DNA from: a virus
Virus record (IMG/VR): IMGVR_UViG_3300012664_000082
Direction: 5' to 3' (one strand)
DNA: 34,954 bases
The position numbers and the translations under genes are program-made. How positions within the stretch are numbered: the stretch's first letter is position 1; every line of letters begins with the position of its first letter. The notes under the pieces are model-generated. The model was not told where the DNA came from. It saw nothing but the letters and a program-made list of their open reading frames with translations, and made no database searches. This document shows positions 15,048-21,721 of the stretch, piece by piece.

Positions 15048-15255
15048 AGCAGGTACTTACACAAACAAGCAGGGTGAAGAAAAAACTCGCTATGTCAATG
15101 TAGGTGTTTTATTGGAAACTGGTAAAGGTGAGATGCTAAAGATTGAATCTTTGCCTGTGCCTTTTGATGGATGGATCTACTTTGCAGATATTGAGAAGCG
15201 AGAAGTAGGGCAAAACCCTACAGCAGCTCCACTAGCTGATGATGTCCCATTCTAA
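15019..15255 (+). CDS. 78-aa protein with an SSB-like C-terminal tip (putative minimal ssDNA-binding protein or SSB-tip mimic)
   Basis: It ends ...NPTAAPLADDVPF, like the DDDIPF tip of bacterial SSB. The beta-rich core is YTNKQGEEKTRYVNVGVLLETGKGEMLKIESLP. It lies directly after the annealase and exonuclease genes. Confidence 0.45.
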   Translation: MAVKKQLKAKAGTYTNKQGEEKTRYVNVGVLLETGKGEMLKIESLPVPFDGWIYFADIEKREVGQNPTAAPLADDVPF

Positions 15256-15265
15256 GGAGAATATT

Positions 15266-15397
15266 ATGAAGAAAGCATTATTTGCAGCTTTATTAACAAT
15301 TTCTTTCGCAGCTTCAGCATCTTGTCCAGCTTATGCACCTTATGGTTGTAAGCAAGGTTTTAATGGCAAGATGGTTTGTGGGTGTGGTGTTAGATAA
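15266..15397 (+). CDS. 43-aa secreted Cys-rich peptide (not in ORF track)
   Basis: AAGGAG lies 7 nt upstream. MKKALFAALLTISFAASASCPAYAPYGCKQGFNGKMVCGCGVR has a signal-peptide-like N-terminus (ASA|S) and 4-5 Cys in the mature part. Confidence 0.5.
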   Translation: MKKALFAALLTISFAASASCPAYAPYGCKQGFNGKMVCGCGVR

Positions 15398-15495
15398 TTA
15401 ACAATGGGCGAAAGCGGATGCTGATTTAAAACTAATCCAGTTCTATATTGGCTGGTTGTCAGATGCAGCGAGTAGCCCAGTTTTGAAAGGTTTAT

Positions 15496-15870
15496 ATGAG
15501 TCAGAGAGAAATGAAACAAAAGCGAATCCAGTATTTATTACTCAGGATGCAAAAAGAACCAATGAACTGTCACCAGATGGCAGACTCAGTTAATCTGAGC
15601 CTAAAGTCATTCTCTAAATATTTGACAGAGATGCGCTTCAAGAAGATGGTATATATAAATCACTACACTAGAAGCGAGGCAGGTGCTTATACGGTTTACT
15701 ACAAAACTGGTAACTTACCAGATGCAGAAAAGCCATTGCCATTCAGCCAACAGGAATACAACAGACGATACAAGCTCAAGACAAGACAGCCAATAAGAAG
15801 AATACCAACAGTCACAGTAAGACCAGACTATGCAGCTCATTGGCTTTTTAACCCTATAGCAGAGATTTAA
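15496..15870 (+). CDS. putative winged-helix DNA-binding protein
   Basis: 124 aa. RIQYLLLRMQKEPMNCHQMADSVNLSLKSFSKYLTEMRFKKMVY resembles a wHTH. It is preceded by the largest gap (98 nt) in the rightward operon. Confidence 0.35.
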   Translation: MSQREMKQKRIQYLLLRMQKEPMNCHQMADSVNLSLKSFSKYLTEMRFKKMVYINHYTRSEAGAYTVYYKTGNLPDAEKPLPFSQQEYNRRYKLKTRQPIRRIPTVTVRPDYAAHWLFNPIAEI

Positions 15871-15899
15871 ATGCCCTGTAAAAAAGAAAGAAATTGCTC

Positions 15900-16079
15900 A
15901 TGTTCAAACAATTGCTTGAAAAAATCAAAAGAAATCTCTTGGGTTTATTTATTATTTTTGTCATTGGGAATAGTGTTGGTGGGCTTGGTGCTTACTACAC
16001 AATTGCTCAAGACTGTTCAATTATGGGAGTGTTTCGTATAGGAGTTACACCATACAGTTGCCAAAGGCTAAGACCATGA
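15900..16079 (+). CDS. small membrane protein
   Basis: ATG at 15900 (the track start at 15894 is a TTG). TM segment LLGLFIIFVIGNSVGGLGAYY. The stop is in an ATGA overlap with the next ORF. A competing out-of-frame ORF at 15871..16041 exists. Confidence 0.45.
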   Translation: MFKQLLEKIKRNLLGLFIIFVIGNSVGGLGAYYTIAQDCSIMGVFRIGVTPYSCQRLRP

Positions 16080-16222
16080 TTATTGATCCAGTAGATTTGG
16101 CAGACAGACTATATGAACTTTTGCAAGCAAGGATGCCTAATGGTAGTTTTGTTGTAAAAAAACAACACAGACAGACTGTTATTGAGGCAGAACTTTTACT
16201 TAGGGAATTATTTAGAAGATGA
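16076..16222 (+). CDS. hypothetical 48-aa protein (not in ORF track)
   Basis: MIIDPVDLADRLYELLQARMPNGSFVVKKQHRQTVIEAELLLRELFRR. ATGA overlaps at both ends. Confidence 0.5.
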   Translation: MIIDPVDLADRLYELLQARMPNGSFVVKKQHRQTVIEAELLLRELFRR

Positions 16223-16470
16223 ATATTTTAGAAGAAGCACAGTCAATCATCTATGGTGATAGGGAAAAGACCTATGGACACCCAGCCAAGAACCTTCTTA
16301 ACATTGCTAAGTTGTGGAGCATTTACTTAGATAAAGAAGTTACTGCGCAAGATGTCGCAACAATGATGGTTTTATTGAAGATAGCTAGGCTAAAGAACCA
16401 GCCAGACCACAGAGATAGCTTGGTTGATTCTGTTGGATACCTAGCTTTAATTGAAAGGATCAAGGAATGA
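16219..16470 (+). CDS. DUF6378-like phage protein
   Basis: 83 aa. IIYGDREKTYGHPAKNLLNIAKLWSIYLDKEVTAQDVATMMVLLKIARLKNQPDHRDSLVDSVGYLAL matches the GDRxxxYG...IAxLW...DVAxMMxxLKxxR...HxDSxxDxxGY pattern. Confidence 0.65.
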   Translation: MNILEEAQSIIYGDREKTYGHPAKNLLNIAKLWSIYLDKEVTAQDVATMMVLLKIARLKNQPDHRDSLVDSVGYLALIERIKE

Positions 16471-16718
16471 ATGAAGAACTATTGAAAGAATTTTGGAGTC
16501 AAGTTAATGAAATTGAAGGATTGAGCTGTAAACTTACTGGCTGTCAATCTATAATCACCATCTGCGCAGAAAGGACTTGTAGTGATGAGTCTGGCGCATT
16601 ATGGACAGTAGCAGATATTCTTAATGAAATTGAAAACAAGTTAGACAATAAAGTTTACAAGCTGCTAGAAATTTATAGACAACTTCAAGAACCAGTTAAA
16701 AAGGCTAAAAAGAAATGA
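16467..16718 (+). CDS. hypothetical protein
   Basis: 83 aa with ATGA overlaps on both sides. No motif recognised. Confidence 0.55.
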   Translation: MNEELLKEFWSQVNEIEGLSCKLTGCQSIITICAERTCSDESGALWTVADILNEIENKLDNKVYKLLEIYRQLQEPVKKAKKK

Positions 16719-16816
16719 ACTTAGAAAAAGACTTTACCCTATCAGAAGATGAACTAGAAGTAATTAGAGAAGCCATTAGAAAGACTATGGCTGAGTATTT
16801 GGCTAACCAGAAATGA
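16715..16816 (+). CDS. hypothetical 33-aa acidic micro-protein (not in ORF track)
   Basis: MNLEKDFTLSEDELEVIREAIRKTMAEYLANQK. ATGA overlaps on both sides. Confidence 0.45.
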   Translation: MNLEKDFTLSEDELEVIREAIRKTMAEYLANQK

Positions 16817-17022
16817 TTAGATGGTCAGGAACTATACTGTGTTTGATAGGTATAGCCCTGACTAGTCTCAATATATACCCTTTAAACCTCTTATTTGGGC
16901 TTGTAGGCAGTTTTCTGTGGACAGTCCAAGGCTACCTATACAGAGACAATGCTTTGCTCTTGGTGGAGCTTGTAGCAGTTCTTATTTATTTAGCAGGTAT
17001 AGTTAGTATATTTGTATATTAA
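16813..17022 (+). CDS. 69-aa three-TM membrane protein (PnuC-repeat / SemiSWEET-like unit?)
   Basis: Three hydrophobic segments. RWSGTILCLIGIALTSLNIYPLNLLFGLVGSFLWTVQGYLYRDNALLLVELVAVLIYLAGI resembles one 3-TM repeat of PnuC-type transporters. Last gene of the rightward operon. Confidence 0.4.
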   Translation: MIRWSGTILCLIGIALTSLNIYPLNLLFGLVGSFLWTVQGYLYRDNALLLVELVAVLIYLAGIVSIFVY

Positions 17023-17061
17023 TTAAAGTTTCATGCACTTTTGTATACAATCAGAAACAAA

Positions 17062-18054
17062 TTACACCCCCCAAATTTTCCCTCTGAACTGAACTTCGCC
17101 TTTTTCTTCATCCCATACCTGTACCAACTCAGGCATAAGTAGCTGACCTCTATCTATGGTTAGCATAGCAAAGCCAGATCTCCAATCTTTGCATCCATCC
17201 TGTGTGTAATCTACAAACTGCTCACCATTGGGGTTAGCAAGCATACCTGTCTGCACACCATACCTAGTGCCTTTGTAATCTGTTAAAGGCTGAACTGCTA
17301 GATTATGGGTATGACCTGTGACCATATTGACACCAGCATTTAGTGAGTTAGCTCGACCTGCTGAGAATCCACCCTTCCACATATGCTTAATTACAGTATG
17401 GTCATTAACCCAGTAAGACCAGCAAGGTTGCCAAGTAGGGAAGAAGTCTTTTAATGAGTATCCTTGCACACCTTCATATTGAGGAGCATTGGCAGCTAAG
17501 AAAGTTTCAAAGCGAGCATCATGGTTGCCAAGAGTCCAGATAAGATTAGACTTAAAAGTAGATGCTGACTCAATCTGGTTCATATGGTCAGTTACTGCAT
17601 CTAGCTCTTGCTTAACTGTAGGCTTAGAGTCCCATCCGATTCTAGGATGTCGGCTAATAGATGCACCATCAAAGGCATCACCATTACAAACAATAACCTC
17701 TGGCTTGAACTCTTTAATGCACTCTAGCAAAGCTCGGAAGGCTGTGGTCTCATCATCAGGGTAGAAGTGGGCATCAGAAAATACTATGATTCTGCCTTTC
17801 TCAATTGCAATACCTCTGCGGACTGAATGTCGGACTTCAGCTAATCTTCTGTTTAAATCTTCTTTAAGTTTCTCTTTGTCTACAATAAGTTTATTGCCTG
17901 ATTTATTTGTAGTAGGCATCTGAAAGCCTTTGCTTACAAGACCATTTCTTCTCCTGTAAACACCTCTAATCTCTAAATTTAGGGCATCAGCTACAGCTTG
18001 TGGACTTTGCAGCTCAGCCCAAGTTGCAATAAATAACTCGTCAGATATGCTCAT
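17062..18054 (-). CDS. HTH-fused calcineurin-like metallophosphoesterase
   Basis: 330 aa. All the metallophosphoesterase motifs are present: IIVFSDAHF, VCNGDAFDG, LGNHD and TGHTHN. An N-terminal segment of about 50 aa, SPQAVADALNLEIRGVYRRRNGL, is HTH-like. Last gene of the late unit. Confidence 0.75.
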   Translation of the reverse strand: MSISDELFIATWAELQSPQAVADALNLEIRGVYRRRNGLVSKGFQMPTTNKSGNKLIVDKEKLKEDLNRRLAEVRHSVRRGIAIEKGRIIVFSDAHFYPDDETTAFRALLECIKEFKPEVIVCNGDAFDGASISRHPRIGWDSKPTVKQELDAVTDHMNQIESASTFKSNLIWTLGNHDARFETFLAANAPQYEGVQGYSLKDFFPTWQPCWSYWVNDHTVIKHMWKGGFSAGRANSLNAGVNMVTGHTHNLAVQPLTDYKGTRYGVQTGMLANPNGEQFVDYTQDGCKDWRSGFAMLTIDRGQLLMPELVQVWDEEKGEVQFRGKIWGV

Positions 18055-18392
18055 AGTTCCTTCGGGTCGTAGCCTAATTGTGTAGCTACCTTGTGGGAAA
18101 GTTCATTAAAGACTACATCATGCTTATCCCAAGACTTACTGCCTTTCATATATAACCTCATATGGATTAATTCATGGGCAGTTGTACGGACACAATGGTC
18201 AAGGAATGATAGTTTGGCAGATGAGATTCTAATGGTATGGGGTTCTGGTTCATATTCACCATAACAATTTTGGTCATTAGTAACTTCAAAATTAACTTTA
18301 GATGATGGGGGAAGATTCCACCGATTAAAGGGTGGGAGTTGAATTAACATCTCATAAATTGCTTGCACAGTTTGTGGGGTGACTAATTTCAT
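18051..18392 (-). CDS. SprT-like Zn-metallopeptidase-like protein
   Basis: 113 aa. ...HTIRISSAKLSFLDHCVRTTAHELIHMRLY...KHDVVFNEL has an HExxH in the context typical of small SprT-like phage proteins. Confidence 0.5.
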   Translation of the reverse strand: MKLVTPQTVQAIYEMLIQLPPFNRWNLPPSSKVNFEVTNDQNCYGEYEPEPHTIRISSAKLSFLDHCVRTTAHELIHMRLYMKGSKSWDKHDVVFNELSHKVATQLGYDPKEL

Positions 18393-18423
18393 CTGCCTAG
18401 TATCCTAGTTAATTATGACAATA

Positions 18424-18900
18424 TCAAGACTCAAACATCTCTTTCTCATGGGTTCTTCTAATAACCAAACCTTTTAAAACCTTGCCACCGGCTTTAGTCC
18501 AGACTAGGAATTGCTCCGCAGCACCCTCATAATCACCCCTATTTACCTTCATTCTAAGGGTAGAGTTCTGCAAGTTACCTAATCCGACATTGAAAGAGAA
18601 TGATACCAAAGCATCAAATTGTCCCTGTGTTAATGGGACTTTGATTAACCTTAAGACTCCTGACTCAAAGCGAGCTAGGTCTTTTCTTAGGATTTCATCT
18701 ATTTCTTCAGCACTTATAACCCTGTCCCACCCAGTAGGAATGGGCAAGGCTTTTCTTTCAGCAAAAGGCACTTTAGCATGGTTTGGATCAATGACATGAC
18801 CTACCCCAATAGTCCAGAGTAAAGCAGGGCATTGGTAAGCCTTATTCTTTACTCCTTCATCCTTTTTTATTTGGTCAATGCACTTTTGACTTACTTTCAC
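18424..18900 (-). CDS. endolysin, T4-lysozyme-like (GH24) muramidase
   Basis: 158 aa. IKKDEGVKNKAYQCPALLWTIGVGH has the E-x8-(D/C)-x5-T catalytic spacing, here E15/C24/T30. FDALVSFSFNVG block present. No N-terminal TM or SAR segment. Confidence 0.9.
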   Translation of the reverse strand: MKVSQKCIDQIKKDEGVKNKAYQCPALLWTIGVGHVIDPNHAKVPFAERKALPIPTGWDRVISAEEIDEILRKDLARFESGVLRLIKVPLTQGQFDALVSFSFNVGLGNLQNSTLRMKVNRGDYEGAAEQFLVWTKAGGKVLKGLVIRRTHEKEMFES

Positions 18901-19400
18901 TTCTTGCTCCAGCCTCTTGAGCCGAACCAGTAACCAATAATAGCACCAAGCATAGCCATCTCATCTTCGCTGAAAATCATGTCAGTAGCTTTAAGGAAGT
19001 CATCAATATTAGTAATTATTGTGCCATGAGTAAACAGATACCAACCAATACCAATATTAATGATAAACAACTCAGCTACAAACAAATAGGTCACTATAGG
19101 TCTGACTGTGGCTACAAAGGTAGAAGCCCAAGGAGCAGCTTTCTCTAGGACTTTGGCATCATGGGCATAAGCAGCCTTAGTCATCTCTGCATCAGTTTCC
19201 ATCATTACTTGGTCTGTGCGGATTTCTTCTACTTTGGCTTGAGCTAAGAAGCCTTTTTCCATCATCTGTAGTTCTCTGTCAGTCTGCATCTTAGCTAGCT
19301 CTAGCTCATGGGCTTTATCAGACTTGTCTTGAAAGAAGCCTAATAGGCTCGGTAGACCTGATACCAATAGACCACCAATGGTTGAAATTAATGACAGCAT
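18897..19400 (-). CDS. holin (GTA-type 3-TM holin-like)
   Basis: 167 aa. Hydrophobic N-terminus LISTIGGLLVSGLPSLLGFF, a coiled middle region, then VRPIVTYLFVAELFIINIGIGWYLF and LGAIIGYWFGSRGW. 4-nt overlap with the endolysin gene. Confidence 0.6.
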   Translation of the reverse strand: MLSLISTIGGLLVSGLPSLLGFFQDKSDKAHELELAKMQTDRELQMMEKGFLAQAKVEEIRTDQVMMETDAEMTKAAYAHDAKVLEKAAPWASTFVATVRPIVTYLFVAELFIINIGIGWYLFTHGTIITNIDDFLKATDMIFSEDEMAMLGAIIGYWFGSRGWSKK

Positions 19401-19408
19401 ATTTACTC

Positions 19409-19846
19409 CTAGTTATTTGACAATGGGTTATCTAAGGCTCGCTTAATCTTGTTATCTGTTTCTTTGCGCATTTCTCTAAGGTCTTTATCTACTTCTCTAG
19501 ATAACTGCTTGCCATCTCTCTCTACCTGCTCAACTACCTTCTCAAGTCTGCGGACATCATTCTTAATATCATTTTTGATGTCTCTGGTGTAATCATTCAC
19601 TTTATTAGTGTTTTCTTCTACCATAGCTAATCGCTTATCAAACTCAGTTAAGTCTGGAGATTCATAGTTCTCAATCTTCTTTTGCATAGACTGATAGCCT
19701 TTAACTGCCTCAAAAGCACCCCATAAAGTACCACCAACTACAGGAGCAATAGCAATAATTGCATACAGGAGTTTGTTGGAATACTTTAGCTTGTATCCAC
19801 CAACACTAAACTCATAGTCTGGTTTTTTATCTTCTGTATTGCTCAT
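19409..19846 (-). CDS. N-terminally membrane-anchored coiled-coil protein (i-spanin-like, unproven)
   Basis: 145 aa. TM segment LLYAIIAIAPVVGGTLWGAF, followed by a charged coiled coil. I found no embedded or adjacent lipobox ORF in the other two frames. Confidence 0.4.
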   Translation of the reverse strand: MSNTEDKKPDYEFSVGGYKLKYSNKLLYAIIAIAPVVGGTLWGAFEAVKGYQSMQKKIENYESPDLTEFDKRLAMVEENTNKVNDYTRDIKNDIKNDVRRLEKVVEQVERDGKQLSREVDKDLREMRKETDNKIKRALDNPLSNN

Positions 19847-21038
19847 CTACCATCTCCTCATGCTTTCTTTCGCTGTTTTTTGTTAAAAAGTAAAATGCTT
19901 TGCCATTGTCTTGAATAGGTTTCTTGACAATCTGTAGGTACAACAAATCCACAATCTGAGGAGATTGAGGAATTGGTCTATCTACAACTACAGCTCCTAC
20001 TTCTGGAGCTTTTACAGCAGCTTTAATGGGTGCTTTTGGGTGTGTTTTTGGGTGTTCCTTTTTATCTTCCTTCTTCTCCTCTTTCTTCTCGGTCTGACTA
20101 GTTAGCTGACTAGTTGCCTGACTAGAAGCAGTTTGTCTAGCAATGACACTAGTAGGACTAGTTTGGCTTGTAGGAGAAGGAGCTGCAATAGCTTGGTTTA
20201 CTACAGGATCTGCGACTACCTGTGGCTCGCTAGTAATAACAACAGTTGCAGGTGTGCTAGGAGCAATAATATTGGCTAAAGCATAGGCTTCTGCATATCC
20301 GCTACAGGATCTGTCATACAAAGGATTTAGTCTGCATTGTTCTGCAAAGTAAGCCTGTTGATAATTAGGACAGCTTATACTAAATAGCGAGTTAATACTG
20401 CATTGTTGAGCTAGATAGGCTTCTTGGTATCCTACACAACTAGAACTGTGTAAAGGATTAAGCAAACAAGGATCGCCAGTAGTCTCTGTTATATGGCTGA
20501 AACTACCCTGTGTAAAGCCAGCTCCATGATAATACTGATGGAACTCACCGACATCTCCTGTCCTACCGATAGTGACAGGTCTCCAAGGACTAATATTAAC
20601 CTGTTCATAGTGCATACCAATATAACCACTTGGTTTAATCTCAACACCAAAGGTATTTAGGTTATTGGGGACTCCATACTCGGAGATATTTTCCCACTTG
20701 TATCGCTGATATTGTGGTGTGCCTTCAGTTAAAAACCGACCTGAGTAGTTAATTAGGTCAGTTTGTAAAGGCATAATGGCAAAGCTAAATGGAGTGCCAT
20801 TGTTAGTTCTTAGGTCAAATCCTGTGCAACACCAAGAATTTGTAGGATTGAGGAAGCCAACAACACCATTGCTGAACATATAAGATTCAGTAAAGACACG
20901 ACCATAGTAAGGAAATGCAAACTGTAGTGGAACTCTTGCATATCCATCATCCGATATTTGGTGTTGAATGACTTGTGTGTGACTTAATGTCGGTAAATAT
21001 AAACAAGTTCCGACAATTAGTGACAGTAGCCACTTCAT
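19827..21038 (-). CDS. exported modular protein: NIDO-like N-domain, 3 x 22-aa Cys repeats, S/T/P linker, KE-rich segment
   Basis: 403 aa. N-terminal hydrophobic signal MKWLLSLIVGTCLYLPTLSHT. VPLQFAFPYYGRVFTESYMFSNGVVGF. Repeats C-x-(L/I)-N-(P/S)-L-x3-S-C-x-(G/N)-Y-x2-A-Y-x3-Q occur three times (aa 191-256). Confidence 0.55.
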   Translation of the reverse strand: MKWLLSLIVGTCLYLPTLSHTQVIQHQISDDGYARVPLQFAFPYYGRVFTESYMFSNGVVGFLNPTNSWCCTGFDLRTNNGTPFSFAIMPLQTDLINYSGRFLTEGTPQYQRYKWENISEYGVPNNLNTFGVEIKPSGYIGMHYEQVNISPWRPVTIGRTGDVGEFHQYYHGAGFTQGSFSHITETTGDPCLLNPLHSSSCVGYQEAYLAQQCSINSLFSISCPNYQQAYFAEQCRLNPLYDRSCSGYAEAYALANIIAPSTPATVVITSEPQVVADPVVNQAIAAPSPTSQTSPTSVIARQTASSQATSQLTSQTEKKEEKKEDKKEHPKTHPKAPIKAAVKAPEVGAVVVDRPIPQSPQIVDLLYLQIVKKPIQDNGKAFYFLTKNSERKHEEMVDEQYRR

Positions 21039-21487
21039 TTAATCTTTGGTCTGTCTGGAATCATCTTAGGGTTAGCAAGCCAGTAATCTTTAGCTTGAAC
21101 CCCTACCATGCCATCTACAGGGCAATAAGTACCAGCATCCCACATACCCCACCAGATAGCAGAGTCTTGGCACATCACCGATACAGCAGCAGTTTTCATC
21201 TGCATCATAAACAATGACTCAGCCTTAACAATCATCTCGCAGTTAGCATCCTTAACAGTAGCTCCAAAAGAGATACCAAGGATCTGTGTCTGAGTTGCTC
21301 CTGAGACACCAGTAGAACAGTTCTTGTTGTTAATGGTGGTTATATTAGGAGAGATAGCAGAAGGTGGTGGAGACTTTACTGTAGTCTCTGATTTACTAGT
21401 AGACTCAGTAACAATCGGTTGAGCTTTTACTGGATAGGCAAAAAGAAAGCCAATAAGACAAGCCCATATAACTAGTATCTCTCTCAT
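21035..21487 (-). CDS. secreted protein with cleavable signal peptide, 4 Cys
   Basis: I prefer the start at 21487 (ATGA overlap with the upstream micro-ORF): MREILVIWACLIGFLFAYPVKA|QP. The mature part carries Cys at NCSTG, NCEMI, MCQD and YCPVDG. Confidence 0.55.
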   Translation of the reverse strand: MREILVIWACLIGFLFAYPVKAQPIVTESTSKSETTVKSPPPSAISPNITTINNKNCSTGVSGATQTQILGISFGATVKDANCEMIVKAESLFMMQMKTAAVSVMCQDSAIWWGMWDAGTYCPVDGMVGVQAKDYWLANPKMIPDRPKIK

Positions 21488-21552
21488 GCAAGTCCCCAAG
21501 CCAATAACCCACCAATAAGAATACCAACTAACAAAAATACAAGAGTTCTCAT
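21484..21552 (-). CDS. 22-aa TM micro-protein (not in ORF track)
   Basis: MRTLVFLLVGILIGGLLAWGLA. ATGA overlaps with both neighbours. Reverse complement checked by hand. Confidence 0.45.
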   Translation of the reverse strand: MRTLVFLLVGILIGGLLAWGLA

Positions 21553-21719
21553 AACTTCAAAGCAATGCCTAATAGAATTGCAATAATGAAACCACAAGAT
21601 GCTATTAAGATTTGCTCAAGCCTTTTTAACCTAGCATTGATGCCTTCATATCGAACTGCACAAACTGCTTCATGGCTATTAAGTCTTGCTTCTGTTTCAG
21701 TAATAGTCTGATCTACCAT
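21549..21719 (-). CDS. 56-aa C-terminally membrane-anchored protein
   Basis: ATG at 21719 lies 2 nt after the fibre-gene stop. The track start at 21743 is a TTG inside the fibre gene. MVDQTITETEARLNSHEAVCAVRYEGINARLKRLEQILIASCGFIIAILLGIALKL. Confidence 0.5.
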   Translation of the reverse strand: MVDQTITETEARLNSHEAVCAVRYEGINARLKRLEQILIASCGFIIAILLGIALKL

Positions 21720-21721
21720 GA

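Noticed and set aside
15871-16041. 56-aa ORF MPCKKERNCSCSNNCLKKSKEISWVYLLFLSLGIVLVGLVLTTQLLKTVQLWECFV, out of frame with 15900..16079
   Set aside because: This is unresolved rather than disproved. Its ATG abuts the previous stop and it also looks membrane-like. The competing frame ends in the ATGA coupling that characterises this operon, so I listed that one. Ribo-seq would decide.
17023-17061. Convergent gap containing the palindrome TTGTATACAA and an AAAGT...ACTTT pair, considered as a bidirectional terminator
   Set aside because: The stems are short and AT-only, with no adjacent T-tract of convincing length.
19409-19846. Search for an embedded o-spanin (Rz1-like lipoprotein) inside the i-spanin-like gene
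   Set aside because: Both alternative frames give only very short ORFs (for example MSLVLVDTS, MQLLLLLL, MGCF), with no lipobox Cys context. No o-spanin is called.
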